Virus record (IMG/VR): IMGVR_UViG_3300012943_000055
Coordinates: 1-26,712 of that record
Strand: one strand, 5' to 3'
DNA: 26,712 nt
DNA from: a virus
Taxonomy: Duplodnaviria > Caudoviricetes
Shown: piece after piece, positions 7,370 through 16,720 of the stretch
Position numbering within the stretch: position 1 is the first letter of the stretch
Layout of the letters: every line of letters starts with the position of its first letter
Notes under the pieces: model-generated
Seen by the model: the letters and a program-made list of their open reading frames with translations, nothing else
What the model was told of the DNA's origin: nothing
Database searches by the model: none
Made by a program: the position numbers and the translations under genes

Positions 7370-10300
7370 TCAGCCGCGCGTGCGGCGGTCGAGCATCAGG
7401 GGGCGGAACTCGAGCGACGTCAGGTCGAAATCCGACCCGTCGACGTTCTCGAGCTCAATGTCGAAACTCACCGCCTTCCACCCGCGACCGGGCTCGAAGC
7501 GGCTTTCATAGGCGTTGGTCGCCGGGCGCTGGCGCAGCAGGAAGTTGCCGGCCACCTTCTCCCCGGTTTCATCATCGACCTGGATCACGCGCAGCAGCAG
7601 CGTTCCGTCACTGGTGTAGGCAATGAAGGCCTCGGGCAGCCGCTTGAGTCGGGTCGACCCCATGCTCGACATGCCCGCGCGCAAGCGCGCGTTGATCGCT
7701 TCGCCCGTGTCGTCCTCGCCATCGAGCCAATGCAGGCCCGTGGAGTCGGCGCCGATGTAGCGGTCGCCCAGCTTGGCGAAGCTGTTGAACGGAAAGTTCG
7801 TGTACCGGCTGACGGCCTTGCTGCCCTCGGTGTTGAGCACCCAGGCGATGTACTCGCCGTCATCGAAGGTGAGGTTGGCGACAAAGCCAATGCTGTCGTG
7901 CAGCGCGGCAGTCATTTCCAGCCCATGCCCCAGGCTGTCACCAATGACCACGGCTTCATGCAGCAGCACGTAGGCCGTCGACGTGCCCGTCGCGGTGTCG
8001 GACAGCACCAGCTTTTCGAGCACTTGCGCGAACAGCAAGTACAGGCCGCTGATGACGTCATTCATCACAACTGTTTCCGACAAGCCACCAAAGGTCATGG
8101 CATCGGTGAGCGCGCCTAGCACCATGGCGTCAATGATCTGCACCACCGCATCGATGTAACTGGTGGCGTGGCCCTCGAGGATCAGCCGGGCGATCACGCG
8201 GGCAATGACGGTGTAGTCGGGTGCCGTCACGCCAGATAGCACCAACCCTTCCTCGATCAGCACAAAGAGCACGTAGGCGGTGCTGTCGCCCATGGCGATA
8301 GCATCATTGAGCGTGTGCGTGCCCTCGTAGGTCGCCAGGCGCGAACTCATCGTGACAAGTCGCTCCCGGATCACCATGCCTGGGGTAGCGACCAAGCCGC
8401 TGCCACCGACGATCACGTCACCGAGCGTGACTGATTCAGCAATCACGTCGAGGCCGTGTCCGGTCAACACGAAGATGCCGGAGCCTTCTGCCATGGGTAG
8501 AACTCCTGCGCCGCCTTCGGCAGAGCCGATAAGCGTGATGGTTCCGGCTGCGCCGCCGGGAGATTCGACACCGGGGCCAGTAGCGGAACCGGACAGTGTG
8601 ATGAGGCCTTCACCTTCGCCTGGTGTTACACCAATGCCTTCCGTCGAGAGCAGCAACAGGCCGGAGCCCGCGCCGCCTTCCGGCGCCTCGAGCATGATCG
8701 AAGCGATCTTGTTGACGCTGGTTTCGTTTATGTCAGTGAACAGGCCTGACGTGATGAGCCTGCTTTCATCGAAAGAGAGCTTGGCCCGGAAAAAGGAACT
8801 GGACGTTGAGCGCACCGGCTCGTAGGTGCGATCAATCGCACCCGAGGCGAGCACGCGCGGCCCACGCCCGAGATAGATGCGATCACTACTATCAAGCGCG
8901 ATGGCTTCGTAATCGGTGCTGTCGGGCAGAAGCTGGTCGTTCTTGACGCTGGGATAGGCGACAAGCGCACTGGTGCTGGCGTTCAAGCGGCACAGGCTGA
9001 AGGAGCTCAATCCCGAGCCATGGACTGTCTGGAAGCTGCCGACGAGGACTAGATCGCCAGTCGATAGTTGCACCGCATCAGCGACGTACTCTGATCGCCC
9101 TGATATTGCCGGGTTTGTGAACGTCGTATCGAGCGTGCCATCACTGGTGGTTTTGAACGCGCCCTTATAGGTGCTTCCGTCGGCGGCGCTGAATCCGCCA
9201 TAGATCAGCACACCGCCATCGGCCAGCAGCAAGAAGCCCTTGGGTGCCGAGTTGGTGGCTGGTGCCGCGTAGCCGGTGTCCACAACACCGGCATTGCTCA
9301 TCTTCACCGCGCCATACGAGGTATGACCATCCATGGTGTAGATGTTGCCGCCGACCCAAATGTTGCCGCTGGCATCCTGTACGGCCCTGCTCAACGAGTC
9401 GTCCAGGAAGCCGGTCATGTCCATCGACGGGAAGGACGAGTTGAGGCTGCCGTCCAGGTCGAGCACGGCCATGTTGTCGCGCGCCGTGCTGTTGCAGGTG
9501 GTGAAGTTGCCGACAATCATGTAGCGGTCGCCGGTCAGCGGGGTGGCGCCGTATGGGTAGCCGTCAACCGCAGCGGTAAATGTGGTGTCGACGGTGCCGT
9601 CGGCATTGAGCCGCAGAATGTCGTGGTTATCAGCGACCAGCATTTGCCCGTCAGGCAGCGTGCAGAGCACGCTATACACGTTCGCCGGGTCGAGGAAACC
9701 GGAGTCGAGCATCCCCTCCCACACCACCGGGTCAGGTGTCGTTCTGACGCGGCCAATGCCGGTGCTGGGCACGTTGATGACCGCATCGAACTTGCCGGAG
9801 AAGGTGATGGTCTGATCGGCGCCAAGCGCCATCATCGCCACGTCCACCGTTGAGATCAGCGAGCGCGTGACCCGAACCGGCGAGAACTGCTCATAGGCGG
9901 CGCCGCCGTCCTCGAGGATGCCGAGAATGACGATCTTGATGCCATTGTTAAACACCGGGTAGTACACGGTGTCCGACGAGTCGATCAGGAAAAACGGCAC
10001 GTCGATGTTGGTACTTAGCGCGGTTTCTGGCCAGCCCGTGATGACGCTGCCATCGGACGGGTCGATGCGCGCCAGCCCAGGGATGCTTTCACCACCGATG
10101 ACGTCAAAGTGACCTGACAAGATCAGGTCGCCGCCCGCCATCTGCCGCGCCGACTTCACCGCCAGGGTGCCACTACCTACTGATGGCGCGAGATCCACGA
10201 AAGCGGTCACGAGTGCGCCGGTCGATGACAGCTTGCAGACCTTGTTGCGGGTCACACCGCCAACGGTGTCGAAGTTGCCGCACACGATGACCGAGCCATC

Positions 10301-10867
10301 GGCCAGCGGGCAGCCACCGTAGCCGTAGGCCAAACTGCCGCCATTGGTGATCGCAGGCGCGGCGAAGCTGGTGTCCAGCTCGCCATCGGGATCGAGCTTT
10401 GCAACCTTGTAGGTCGCATGTCCGTTGATGGCGTTGAAGTCGCCAAATAGCCAAATATTGCCGCTGGCATCGACCGTGATCCAGCGCACGTAGGGGTCGC
10501 CTGCCGTGGCATCGAGCGATGACACGCTGGTATCGACGCTGCCGTCATCATTGATGATGGCCACAAGGCGATCAGTGCCGGAATACTTGAGCTCATAGCC
10601 TGCGCACGCGGTCTTGCCGTTGGGCAGCGCAACTACCGTCGTTGGCCTGGTGCTGGCGGTAGTGACCGTCCAGCCGCTATCGACGCTTCCATCGGGCAGG
10701 ACGGAGTACAGGCCAGCGGCATAGACGCCGTTGTGCGCATAGGACGGGGAGCCGCCCCAGCCGAACACAACACGTCCATCGGCGTGCACGTCCAGCCCGG
10801 ATAGCACCGCGCTGGCGGTGCCGTAGACGAGCGGGTCGAGGAACCTGGGATCACGCCAACCGCTCAT
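7370..10867 (-). CDS. Tail fibre/receptor-binding-like protein, 1165 aa: N-terminal delta-60 (DUF5122-like) beta-propeller repeats, ~20-aa repeat stalk, C-terminal phage virion domain
   Basis: Repeated L-x-x-DG-x-[VL]-D-x-x-[FW] and G-x-F motifs (LPDGSVDSGW, NDDGSVDTSV, DPDGELDTSF, NADGTVDTTF, DLDGSLNSSF, SDGTLDTTF). C-terminus WVLNTE..VSRYTNFPFNSF. Confidence 0.8.
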   Translation of the reverse strand: MSGWRDPRFLDPLVYGTASAVLSGLDVHADGRVVFGWGGSPSYAHNGVYAAGLYSVLPDGSVDSGWTVTTASTRPTTVVALPNGKTACAGYELKYSGTDRLVAIINDDGSVDTSVSSLDATAGDPYVRWITVDASGNIWLFGDFNAINGHATYKVAKLDPDGELDTSFAAPAITNGGSLAYGYGGCPLADGSVIVCGNFDTVGGVTRNKVCKLSSTGALVTAFVDLAPSVGSGTLAVKSARQMAGGDLILSGHFDVIGGESIPGLARIDPSDGSVITGWPETALSTNIDVPFFLIDSSDTVYYPVFNNGIKIVILGILEDGGAAYEQFSPVRVTRSLISTVDVAMMALGADQTITFSGKFDAVINVPSTGIGRVRTTPDPVVWEGMLDSGFLDPANVYSVLCTLPDGQMLVADNHDILRLNADGTVDTTFTAAVDGYPYGATPLTGDRYMIVGNFTTCNSTARDNMAVLDLDGSLNSSFPSMDMTGFLDDSLSRAVQDASGNIWVGGNIYTMDGHTSYGAVKMSNAGVVDTGYAAPATNSAPKGFLLLADGGVLIYGGFSAADGSTYKGAFKTTSDGTLDTTFTNPAISGRSEYVADAVQLSTGDLVLVGSFQTVHGSGLSSFSLCRLNASTSALVAYPSVKNDQLLPDSTDYEAIALDSSDRIYLGRGPRVLASGAIDRTYEPVRSTSSSFFRAKLSFDESRLITSGLFTDINETSVNKIASIMLEAPEGGAGSGLLLLSTEGIGVTPGEGEGLITLSGSATGPGVESPGGAAGTITLIGSAEGGAGVLPMAEGSGIFVLTGHGLDVIAESVTLGDVIVGGSGLVATPGMVIRERLVTMSSRLATYEGTHTLNDAIAMGDSTAYVLFVLIEEGLVLSGVTAPDYTVIARVIARLILEGHATSYIDAVVQIIDAMVLGALTDAMTFGGLSETVVMNDVISGLYLLFAQVLEKLVLSDTATGTSTAYVLLHEAVVIGDSLGHGLEMTAALHDSIGFVANLTFDDGEYIAWVLNTEGSKAVSRYTNFPFNSFAKLGDRYIGADSTGLHWLDGEDDTGEAINARLRAGMSSMGSTRLKRLPEAFIAYTSDGTLLLRVIQVDDETGEKVAGNFLLRQRPATNAYESRFEPGRGWKAVSFDIELENVDGSDFDLTSLEFRPLMLDRRTRG

Positions 10868-10898
10868 GGGGATGCCCGCCTTTCGTCAGGTCGTGCCA

Positions 10899-11363
10899 TC
10901 AGCCGCCCTGCAACGTCCAGTCGAACGTCGAAATGGGCTGCTCAAATGATGTGGTGAGTGTCGTGCTGCCAAGCTCGAGGTCGGCGCCGGAGCCGGAGCC
11001 GCCCACGGTGCCCTGCACGCGGTAGCCCGTGCTGCCGTCAGCGACGCCTTGGCCGTTGTCTCCAGCGGCGCAGAAGCGGTAGAAGGTCGCGGTGCCGGAG
11101 TTGGCCACGGTGCCCTTCCACGTTTCGGCAGCCGCCTTGCTCAACACGCCCGACGATGGCGCGTCCTGGGTCAAGCCGGTCGCGCCACCGTTGTTGCTGA
11201 TCTTGACCAGGCTTTGATGGGTGCCTGGTACGGTCAGGGCTTCGGCGGCGGTGGCTGGCACCGTGCCGGAGAAGATGTAGAGGAATCCAAGGTTGAACTG
11301 CTCCTTGAACCCTGTTCCGTTGAGCCCTGCATTGGCCGAGGCCGTGGAGAGTTTCAAAGCCAT
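10899..11363 (-). CDS. Small beta-rich virion structural protein (fibre subunit candidate), 154 aa
   Basis: AAGGA SD. Motifs LYIFSGTVPATA, SGTATFYRF and RVQGTVGGSGSGADLEL resemble a widespread phage structural protein family. Confidence 0.75.
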   Translation of the reverse strand: MALKLSTASANAGLNGTGFKEQFNLGFLYIFSGTVPATAAEALTVPGTHQSLVKISNNGGATGLTQDAPSSGVLSKAAAETWKGTVANSGTATFYRFCAAGDNGQGVADGSTGYRVQGTVGGSGSGADLELGSTTLTTSFEQPISTFDWTLQGG

Positions 11364-11381
11364 GGTGATAATCCTTCGATG

Positions 11382-13412
11382 TTAGGGGAGCGGTGCTGCG
11401 GGTTTGCCGAGTCGCCAGATCGGGTGGTAGCGCGCATCCGTGCTGCCCACACCAGTCAAGACGCCCAGCGAGTTGCCGGTGACGTAGCTGAAACTGCGGT
11501 CGCCATCGACCGTCGGAATACCCATCGATAGCGACATGACGTTTTCGTTGGCCGCGCAACCCAGGTCGCTGTAGTAACCATCCTTGTCGATGCGAGTCGC
11601 GTTGAATCCTTCCGGGCTCAACTCACCGATGGATGCGGCCCAATGCGGGGTGGCGCTACCAATGTCCCAAAGACCAAAATACTGATCGGCTGGGCGCAGG
11701 ATCGCGGCGAACGACGCCACCGCGCCGCAGAAATCGAGGTTCGTTCCGGGAAAGTCCTCATCGCCAGGAACCAACACGAAACACACGCCATAGACCCAAA
11801 AGCGGGGGAAGATGTTGACGCCCTTGAGGCCGTCCCACTTGCGCGCATTGGCAAAGAAGTAGTCACCAAGACCGAAACTGTAGCTGGCCTGTTCAGCGGC
11901 GGTGATGACTTCTTGGGTATGGACAAGCTCGCCGTTACGCCAGATTTCAACGTGCGCGCCGAACCGCTCGAAAGCGGATATGAAGTCGGTGGTGAAGCGC
12001 AGTCGCCGGGTCAGCAGCACCAGCACGCCATCGCGCAAGCTGCTGTAGAACACCCACTTCTTCGTGCCGTCGGCATAGTTGATGCCGCCCGCGTTGTATT
12101 CCTGAACCTCCCACATATTGTGGTCGGTGCCGTCCTGATTGAAGAACACCAGCATGTCGGGTGTGACCCGGCACGTCATTTCGACGCGGTTGCCGTCCTT
12201 GTCATAGGCAACGGCGATGGGAACAGGCGTGTTGTCGTTGGTGATCGACACCGTTTCCGTGGTCAGGATCGAGGCTTCTTCCTCATCAAGAGCGACGGTC
12301 ACAATGTCTTGTGTCTCGGTCGGCAGGAACGTGTCCCAATCACCTGGGTCGAGGTAGACCGGATCGAGGATGGTGGCTCCCCATCCGCCCGACTCCGGCG
12401 ATGCGGAGCCGTGGTAAGGCGCGTGGTACTGCGCTCCGGTGTAAGCCACCGCGCGCGTGCAATCCTTGTTGAAGAACCATGGATCAGAGCCAAACAGGTC
12501 GGTGCCGAGCAGGAAGATAGCGCTGTCGTAGGCAACGGTGAAGCGTTCGACGCCCGCAATATCGGTGGTCTGGATCAGGTCGAAACGGTAGAAGCTGATG
12601 GTGGCCACGCCCGTTCCGGCGTTGGGTGAACTGAACACACGGTCGACGTCCTCGCTGTCGATGTAGATTGGCGCAGTCTCAATGTCGTTGAGGAATACCT
12701 GCGCGGTGTAGAGATACCAAAGCGCGCCGATCTTGCGCAGCGCAGCGCCGACGATGTGGGTGTCGCCGTCGAACCCATATTCAGAGTTGGCGGAGTAATC
12801 GAAGGTGTCCAGCAACACCTTGCCCAGCATGAACACGTAGGGGCCGTACTCGGCGCTCGGCTGCACGTAGCCGTCCTGCCACACGTTGCACGAAGGCCCA
12901 TACCAGCTAATCCGCAGATCGGTCTCTTCACCGCTCCACCAGTCGCAGTTACCCGCGTGGGCGATGCCCTCTGGAAAGGTGCCGACATAGGTTCCCTTCT
13001 CGCCACCGAATAGCTCGTAGCCTGCCGTCGAATCGCTGTAGAAAAACGTGTTCCAGCTATCCCCGCTCTCGCTGGGACGAAGGATTTGTTGCGGGTAGTC
13101 GGGATCAATGCCGTCGGGAAGCGCGGCATTGCGCGCCCACACCACGAAGTCGCCCGGTAGCGCGACCTTCTTGACCGGATTGACCGGGATCACCGGGTAA
13201 ATCGTGATGCGTGGGATCTCGCCGTGCTTCTCGGCCACGATCACCGTGCCGTCGGGGAGCTCCTTGCGCATCTTGTGGGTGCCCAGGCCATTGACCTTGG
13301 CATCGTCCATGACCGCGCCCAGCAGCTTGCGACCTTCAGCGATATAGGGCGCCCCGGCTTCATGGGGCGCCCCAAGGACGCGAACGTGTGTCCATTCGGT
13401 GTACCGCGCCAT
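11382..13412 (-). CDS. Tail-associated protein, beta-rich and acidic/aromatic, 676 aa
   Basis: Long ORF 3 nt after the upstream stop. Short N-terminal domain (...RKELPDGTVIVAEK...) followed by a beta-strand-rich body. Function inferred from position only. Confidence 0.7.
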   Translation of the reverse strand: MARYTEWTHVRVLGAPHEAGAPYIAEGRKLLGAVMDDAKVNGLGTHKMRKELPDGTVIVAEKHGEIPRITIYPVIPVNPVKKVALPGDFVVWARNAALPDGIDPDYPQQILRPSESGDSWNTFFYSDSTAGYELFGGEKGTYVGTFPEGIAHAGNCDWWSGEETDLRISWYGPSCNVWQDGYVQPSAEYGPYVFMLGKVLLDTFDYSANSEYGFDGDTHIVGAALRKIGALWYLYTAQVFLNDIETAPIYIDSEDVDRVFSSPNAGTGVATISFYRFDLIQTTDIAGVERFTVAYDSAIFLLGTDLFGSDPWFFNKDCTRAVAYTGAQYHAPYHGSASPESGGWGATILDPVYLDPGDWDTFLPTETQDIVTVALDEEEASILTTETVSITNDNTPVPIAVAYDKDGNRVEMTCRVTPDMLVFFNQDGTDHNMWEVQEYNAGGINYADGTKKWVFYSSLRDGVLVLLTRRLRFTTDFISAFERFGAHVEIWRNGELVHTQEVITAAEQASYSFGLGDYFFANARKWDGLKGVNIFPRFWVYGVCFVLVPGDEDFPGTNLDFCGAVASFAAILRPADQYFGLWDIGSATPHWAASIGELSPEGFNATRIDKDGYYSDLGCAANENVMSLSMGIPTVDGDRSFSYVTGNSLGVLTGVGSTDARYHPIWRLGKPAAPLP

Positions 13413-13415
13413 TTG

Positions 13416-14027
13416 TTAGGCGTCGGCCTCGTCCACGGCGCTGATGCCGTACTCGAGCGCCAGCTTGCCGCCAGCCACAAGGCCGGTCAGGTCAGCAGCG
13501 AAGCGGCTGGCCACGATCAGCTTGAGCGTTGTGGCCGACTTGGCCGATGCCTCGAGCAAGCCGGCACCACGCACGGTGTACGGCCCACCACTGGAAAGGG
13601 TCAAGGTCGCCGCCGCCAGCGCAGCGGTGTTGATGAGCGATGCGCTCGAGGTCGCCGCAACGGTCGTCCACGGCAATCGCGTGGCCTCGTTGTAGGCGGT
13701 GAACTCGGTGGCATTGGCCGTGAAGTTTGCTCCCGTCCATGACGCTTGCGGGGTGACGTTGCCCGAGAAGGGGGCAATGTAGAGCGGCACCGCCGTCACG
13801 TGGCCGCCCAGCAGGTTGACGATCTTCACCAACCCTTCGGTGACGACGCGGTTGGGCTCGATGCACGCAGGCCCGAACGGCATGCCTGGGGGTGCGTAGC
13901 GGTGGCGGAAGAAGCCGCCGACGAACGCATGGGCATCGGGGACATAGATCCTGCCATCGCCCGTGAGTTCGGCCTTGAAGTTGCGCAGCGCGCGGGCGGC
14001 GTCGGTGAAGATGCTGGGGGTTTTCAT
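13416..14027 (-). CDS. Virion structural (tail/fibre subunit) protein, 203 aa
   Basis: GGAG SD and ATGA overlap. NRVVTEG, YIAPFSGNVTP, TEFTAYNEATR and VRGAGL motifs resemble small phage tail structural proteins. Confidence 0.75.
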   Translation of the reverse strand: MKTPSIFTDAARALRNFKAELTGDGRIYVPDAHAFVGGFFRHRYAPPGMPFGPACIEPNRVVTEGLVKIVNLLGGHVTAVPLYIAPFSGNVTPQASWTGANFTANATEFTAYNEATRLPWTTVAATSSASLINTAALAAATLTLSSGGPYTVRGAGLLEASAKSATTLKLIVASRFAADLTGLVAGGKLALEYGISAVDEADA

Positions 14028-14224
14028 GTCTTACGCTCCGGGTCTTGGTGGGTGTGTAGGTGCCACTTGCCTATCGGGCAGGCCTCGCCCGCGACTCTTG
14101 TTTTGCCCTCGAGCACGCAGTTGCACTCGGAGCAGAAATGCTTGTGTTGACGGCTGTGCTCACAAGCACGGCAAAGCGCCATGCGTTGTGTGCGCACGGC
14201 ACGGGGGACGAAGTAGCCGCTCAC
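14024..14224 (-). CDS. Small Cys-rich putative metal-binding protein (DUF6171-like pattern), 66 aa
   Basis: R-x3-CxxC...CxxCxC...K.R...CPIGKW. Fills the gap exactly, with 4-nt overlaps (GTGA, ATGA) on both neighbours. Confidence 0.75.
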   Translation of the reverse strand: MSGYFVPRAVRTQRMALCRACEHSRQHKHFCSECNCVLEGKTRVAGEACPIGKWHLHTHQDPERKT

Positions 14225-15537
14225 GGAACGGAACCGTCGTAGATGATGTGAGCGACCACGCTGTCGGTGATCGCCAAGTTGTTGTGACGCGCACCGCGCA
14301 GGCTGGTGATGATTTGTTGCAGGCCCGCACCCTGACGGAACAGCGCGGCGCCTCGGTCAGCGTCATTGGCCACGAACTCGCCACGCTTGAGCGGCACCAC
14401 TTGGCCACCGGGCATGCCGACGCAGAACTGACCGCCGCGATTGAGCCACACCGACACCGGGAACTTGCCATCGAAGCCCAGCACGTCGGCGGTGACGCGG
14501 CAGGCCGTACCGGGCACGACACCATGGCCGGACGCGATGACCTGGTTCCAGTTGCCAGGATCGGTGCCGCCATGCCAGTAGGTGCGCGAGCCAGCAGCCA
14601 CATAGAGGCCAGCACCCTCGGTGCCCCGCCCCACCGGCTCCATGAGGTCAATCGGTGCGTTGAAGCGCATGAGCGACGTGCTGCGCGCCATGCCGTAACG
14701 AAGCGGCTCCGACCAGCGCAGGTTGCGCCCCGTGGCCACGAACTGCCGACCGTTATGGCCGCAGGTGAGTTGTCCGGGTGGTAGAGCGGCAAGGAATTGG
14801 GTCTGTAGCGCCCGCCCGTTGGCTGCCGAGACCAGGGTGATGGTGGCGACGTTGGGCGCCAGGCTGCCGTACAGGCGCAGCACGTTGTCATTCGGGCCGG
14901 TCAGGTAGATGTTGACCCGCACCGTGCTCGGCTCGTTGGCCGGCGGGATGCTCGACAAGGCAATCCCCTGCCCGTCGGCAAGATCGATCGCCACGGCGCC
15001 CGTGCTGCCCGACTCGCGGCCCAGGTCATCCATGAAGGTCACGGCGACCTGATACTGCCCCGCGGTGAGCGTGCCCGTGGTGGAGGCCAGATGGGGTTGC
15101 CCGCCCGGATGCTCTGGTGCCCACGCGCGCGGCACCATGTCGGCACCGATCATGCCGCTGGCAAACACGCTGGCGTAGTAGGCGCGCTCCCCGATCAGGT
15201 CATAGCTCACTGGTGCCCCGCCTACCGGGTCAGCATCCACGTCCTCGACGCGACCATCAGGGAGCACCGCATTGAGGATGCCGTCATCGACAAACAGGCC
15301 GAATGGCAGGTCTGCATGCGCCCACAGCGAATGAACAAGGGTTCCGGCGTGGAAGCGCGACGTGCCTTGCCGGCGCGTCACGAAGCCATCGCGGTCAATG
15401 TCGATGTTGTCGGCCTCGCGCAGCGCAACCGGATGCCCGTTCTCGCCGGTCGGCAAGCGCCCCTCTTTCGCCAGGTTGTTGACCCCCAGCGGCCATGGCC
15501 CCACGGACACCAGCCGGTCGTCGGGTACGCCTGCCAT
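14221..15537 (-). CDS. Podovirus tail nozzle / tail tubular protein B-like, ~438 aa
   Basis: N-terminal GVNN...LREADNIDIDRDGFVTRRQG signature, beta-rich, directly follows the adaptor with a TGATG overlap. Confidence 0.7.
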   Translation of the reverse strand: MAGVPDDRLVSVGPWPLGVNNLAKEGRLPTGENGHPVALREADNIDIDRDGFVTRRQGTSRFHAGTLVHSLWAHADLPFGLFVDDGILNAVLPDGRVEDVDADPVGGAPVSYDLIGERAYYASVFASGMIGADMVPRAWAPEHPGGQPHLASTTGTLTAGQYQVAVTFMDDLGRESGSTGAVAIDLADGQGIALSSIPPANEPSTVRVNIYLTGPNDNVLRLYGSLAPNVATITLVSAANGRALQTQFLAALPPGQLTCGHNGRQFVATGRNLRWSEPLRYGMARSTSLMRFNAPIDLMEPVGRGTEGAGLYVAAGSRTYWHGGTDPGNWNQVIASGHGVVPGTACRVTADVLGFDGKFPVSVWLNRGGQFCVGMPGGQVVPLKRGEFVANDADRGAALFRQGAGLQQIITSLRGARHNNLAITDSVVAHIIYDGSVP

Positions 15538-16202
15538 CACACCATCCTGGTGGTGATGCGCCGCTGCTCGCGGTGCTTGCGCATCACGTCGGCGGAGTTG
15601 CGGGTGCCAAAGCTGGCCTCGAACTTGGCCAGGGCGTCAGCGGAGCGTTGCGGGTCGGATTCCTCGGAATCCTTGGTGCCGTAGGCGCGGAACATGACCC
15701 AATCGATCAGGTTCATGTGCTGCTCGATGGCGATCTCCGGCTCGTCCTCGTCATCCTCGAGGGCCAGTAGGGGCAGGCGGTAGACCTCGAGGGTCAACAC
15801 GCCCGCCACGGAAGGGGTCTCCCAAATCCGCAGCTTGCTGCGCTCGAAGTGGGTGAAGTACCCAGGGCGCGAGCACGACCGGCCCTGCCAATCGCACTGG
15901 TCTTGTATCCAGTCGAGGCCGACGGCACAAAGCTGCCGCCCTCGCCCGCCCGTGTTGGCGGTAAACCGGGCCGAATCGATTGCGAAGATCACGGGGTCGA
16001 GCTCGACAATCGCCTGATTGGCGGCAATGTCGAACGTGAGCAAGTCCTCGGTGCTGCTATCGAACAGCAACTTGGCACGGATGGCGGCCTCGCTTTCGGC
16101 TTCTGACAGCCAGCGCGCGAACTGCTCATCGCTGTACTGCTGGAAACCCTTGGCGTCATCCGCCCTGTCCCGCCCCTCGGCAATCAATTCGGCCAGGTTC
16201 AT
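15537..16202 (-). CDS. Head-tail adaptor / tail tubular protein A-like, 221 aa
   Basis: MNLAELI..R...DD.....YSDEQ..RWLSEAE.EA and EPEI...H..LIDW..FRAY..KDSE motifs. Position between head genes and nozzle. Confidence 0.75.
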   Translation of the reverse strand: MNLAELIAEGRDRADDAKGFQQYSDEQFARWLSEAESEAAIRAKLLFDSSTEDLLTFDIAANQAIVELDPVIFAIDSARFTANTGGRGRQLCAVGLDWIQDQCDWQGRSCSRPGYFTHFERSKLRIWETPSVAGVLTLEVYRLPLLALEDDEDEPEIAIEQHMNLIDWVMFRAYGTKDSEESDPQRSADALAKFEASFGTRNSADVMRKHREQRRITTRMV

Positions 16203-16204
16203 GG

Positions 16205-16627
16205 TTAGGCTTCCGGCTGCGTGTCGTCGTCGTCCTTGGGATCGGTGATGCCGGCCTCTGCCTGCATTTCACGGAACACGCGGAGCACGTCCTCCTTGCG
16301 GGCACCGAAGCCGGCCAGCGAGGACACGACGGTGATGTTGGGCAAGTCGTCGACGGTGAAGTCGCCTTCCTCGCTGCGGGCAAGCATTTCGGTCAGGGTT
16401 TTCCGGTACAGGTCGTCGACCGTGAACTGGCGATTCATCGCCTCGGGCGTGCCCTCGATCCTGGTCTGCTGCTCGTAGTAGGGCGCATCGCACTGGCAGC
16501 CCTTGGCCATGGCCTCGGACTGGAACATCGGGTGGATCTCCTGCCATTCACGGCCAATGATTTCCGTGTGGCCAGAGAGCAACGCGACGCGAATGTCGTA
16601 GTCAGGTGACGGGGAACGGAACTTCAT
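16205..16627 (-). CDS. Hypothetical phage protein (head completion/assembly candidate), ~140 aa
   Basis: Start refined to MKFRSP (ATG 16627 after GAGGA SD). The longer ORF-track start would run through the terminator hairpin. Confidence 0.7.
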   Translation of the reverse strand: MKFRSPSPDYDIRVALLSGHTEIIGREWQEIHPMFQSEAMAKGCQCDAPYYEQQTRIEGTPEAMNRQFTVDDLYRKTLTEMLARSEEGDFTVDDLPNITVVSSLAGFGARKEDVLRVFREMQAEAGITDPKDDDDTQPEA

Positions 16628-16664
16628 GATGGTGTCCTCGAGTTGTGGAGCGTGTTGGTGCATG

Positions 16665-16693
16665 TGAAAAGACCCGGCATTGCTGCCGGGTCT
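16665..16693 (-). terminator. Rho-independent terminator after the capsid/decoration genes
   Basis: Minus strand AGACCCGGCA-GCAA-TGCCGGGTCT-TTTCAC: perfect 10-bp stem, GNRA loop and short U tract. Confidence 0.8.
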
Positions 16694-16720
16694 CGGTGGG
16701 TACAACGAACACTTCGGTGA

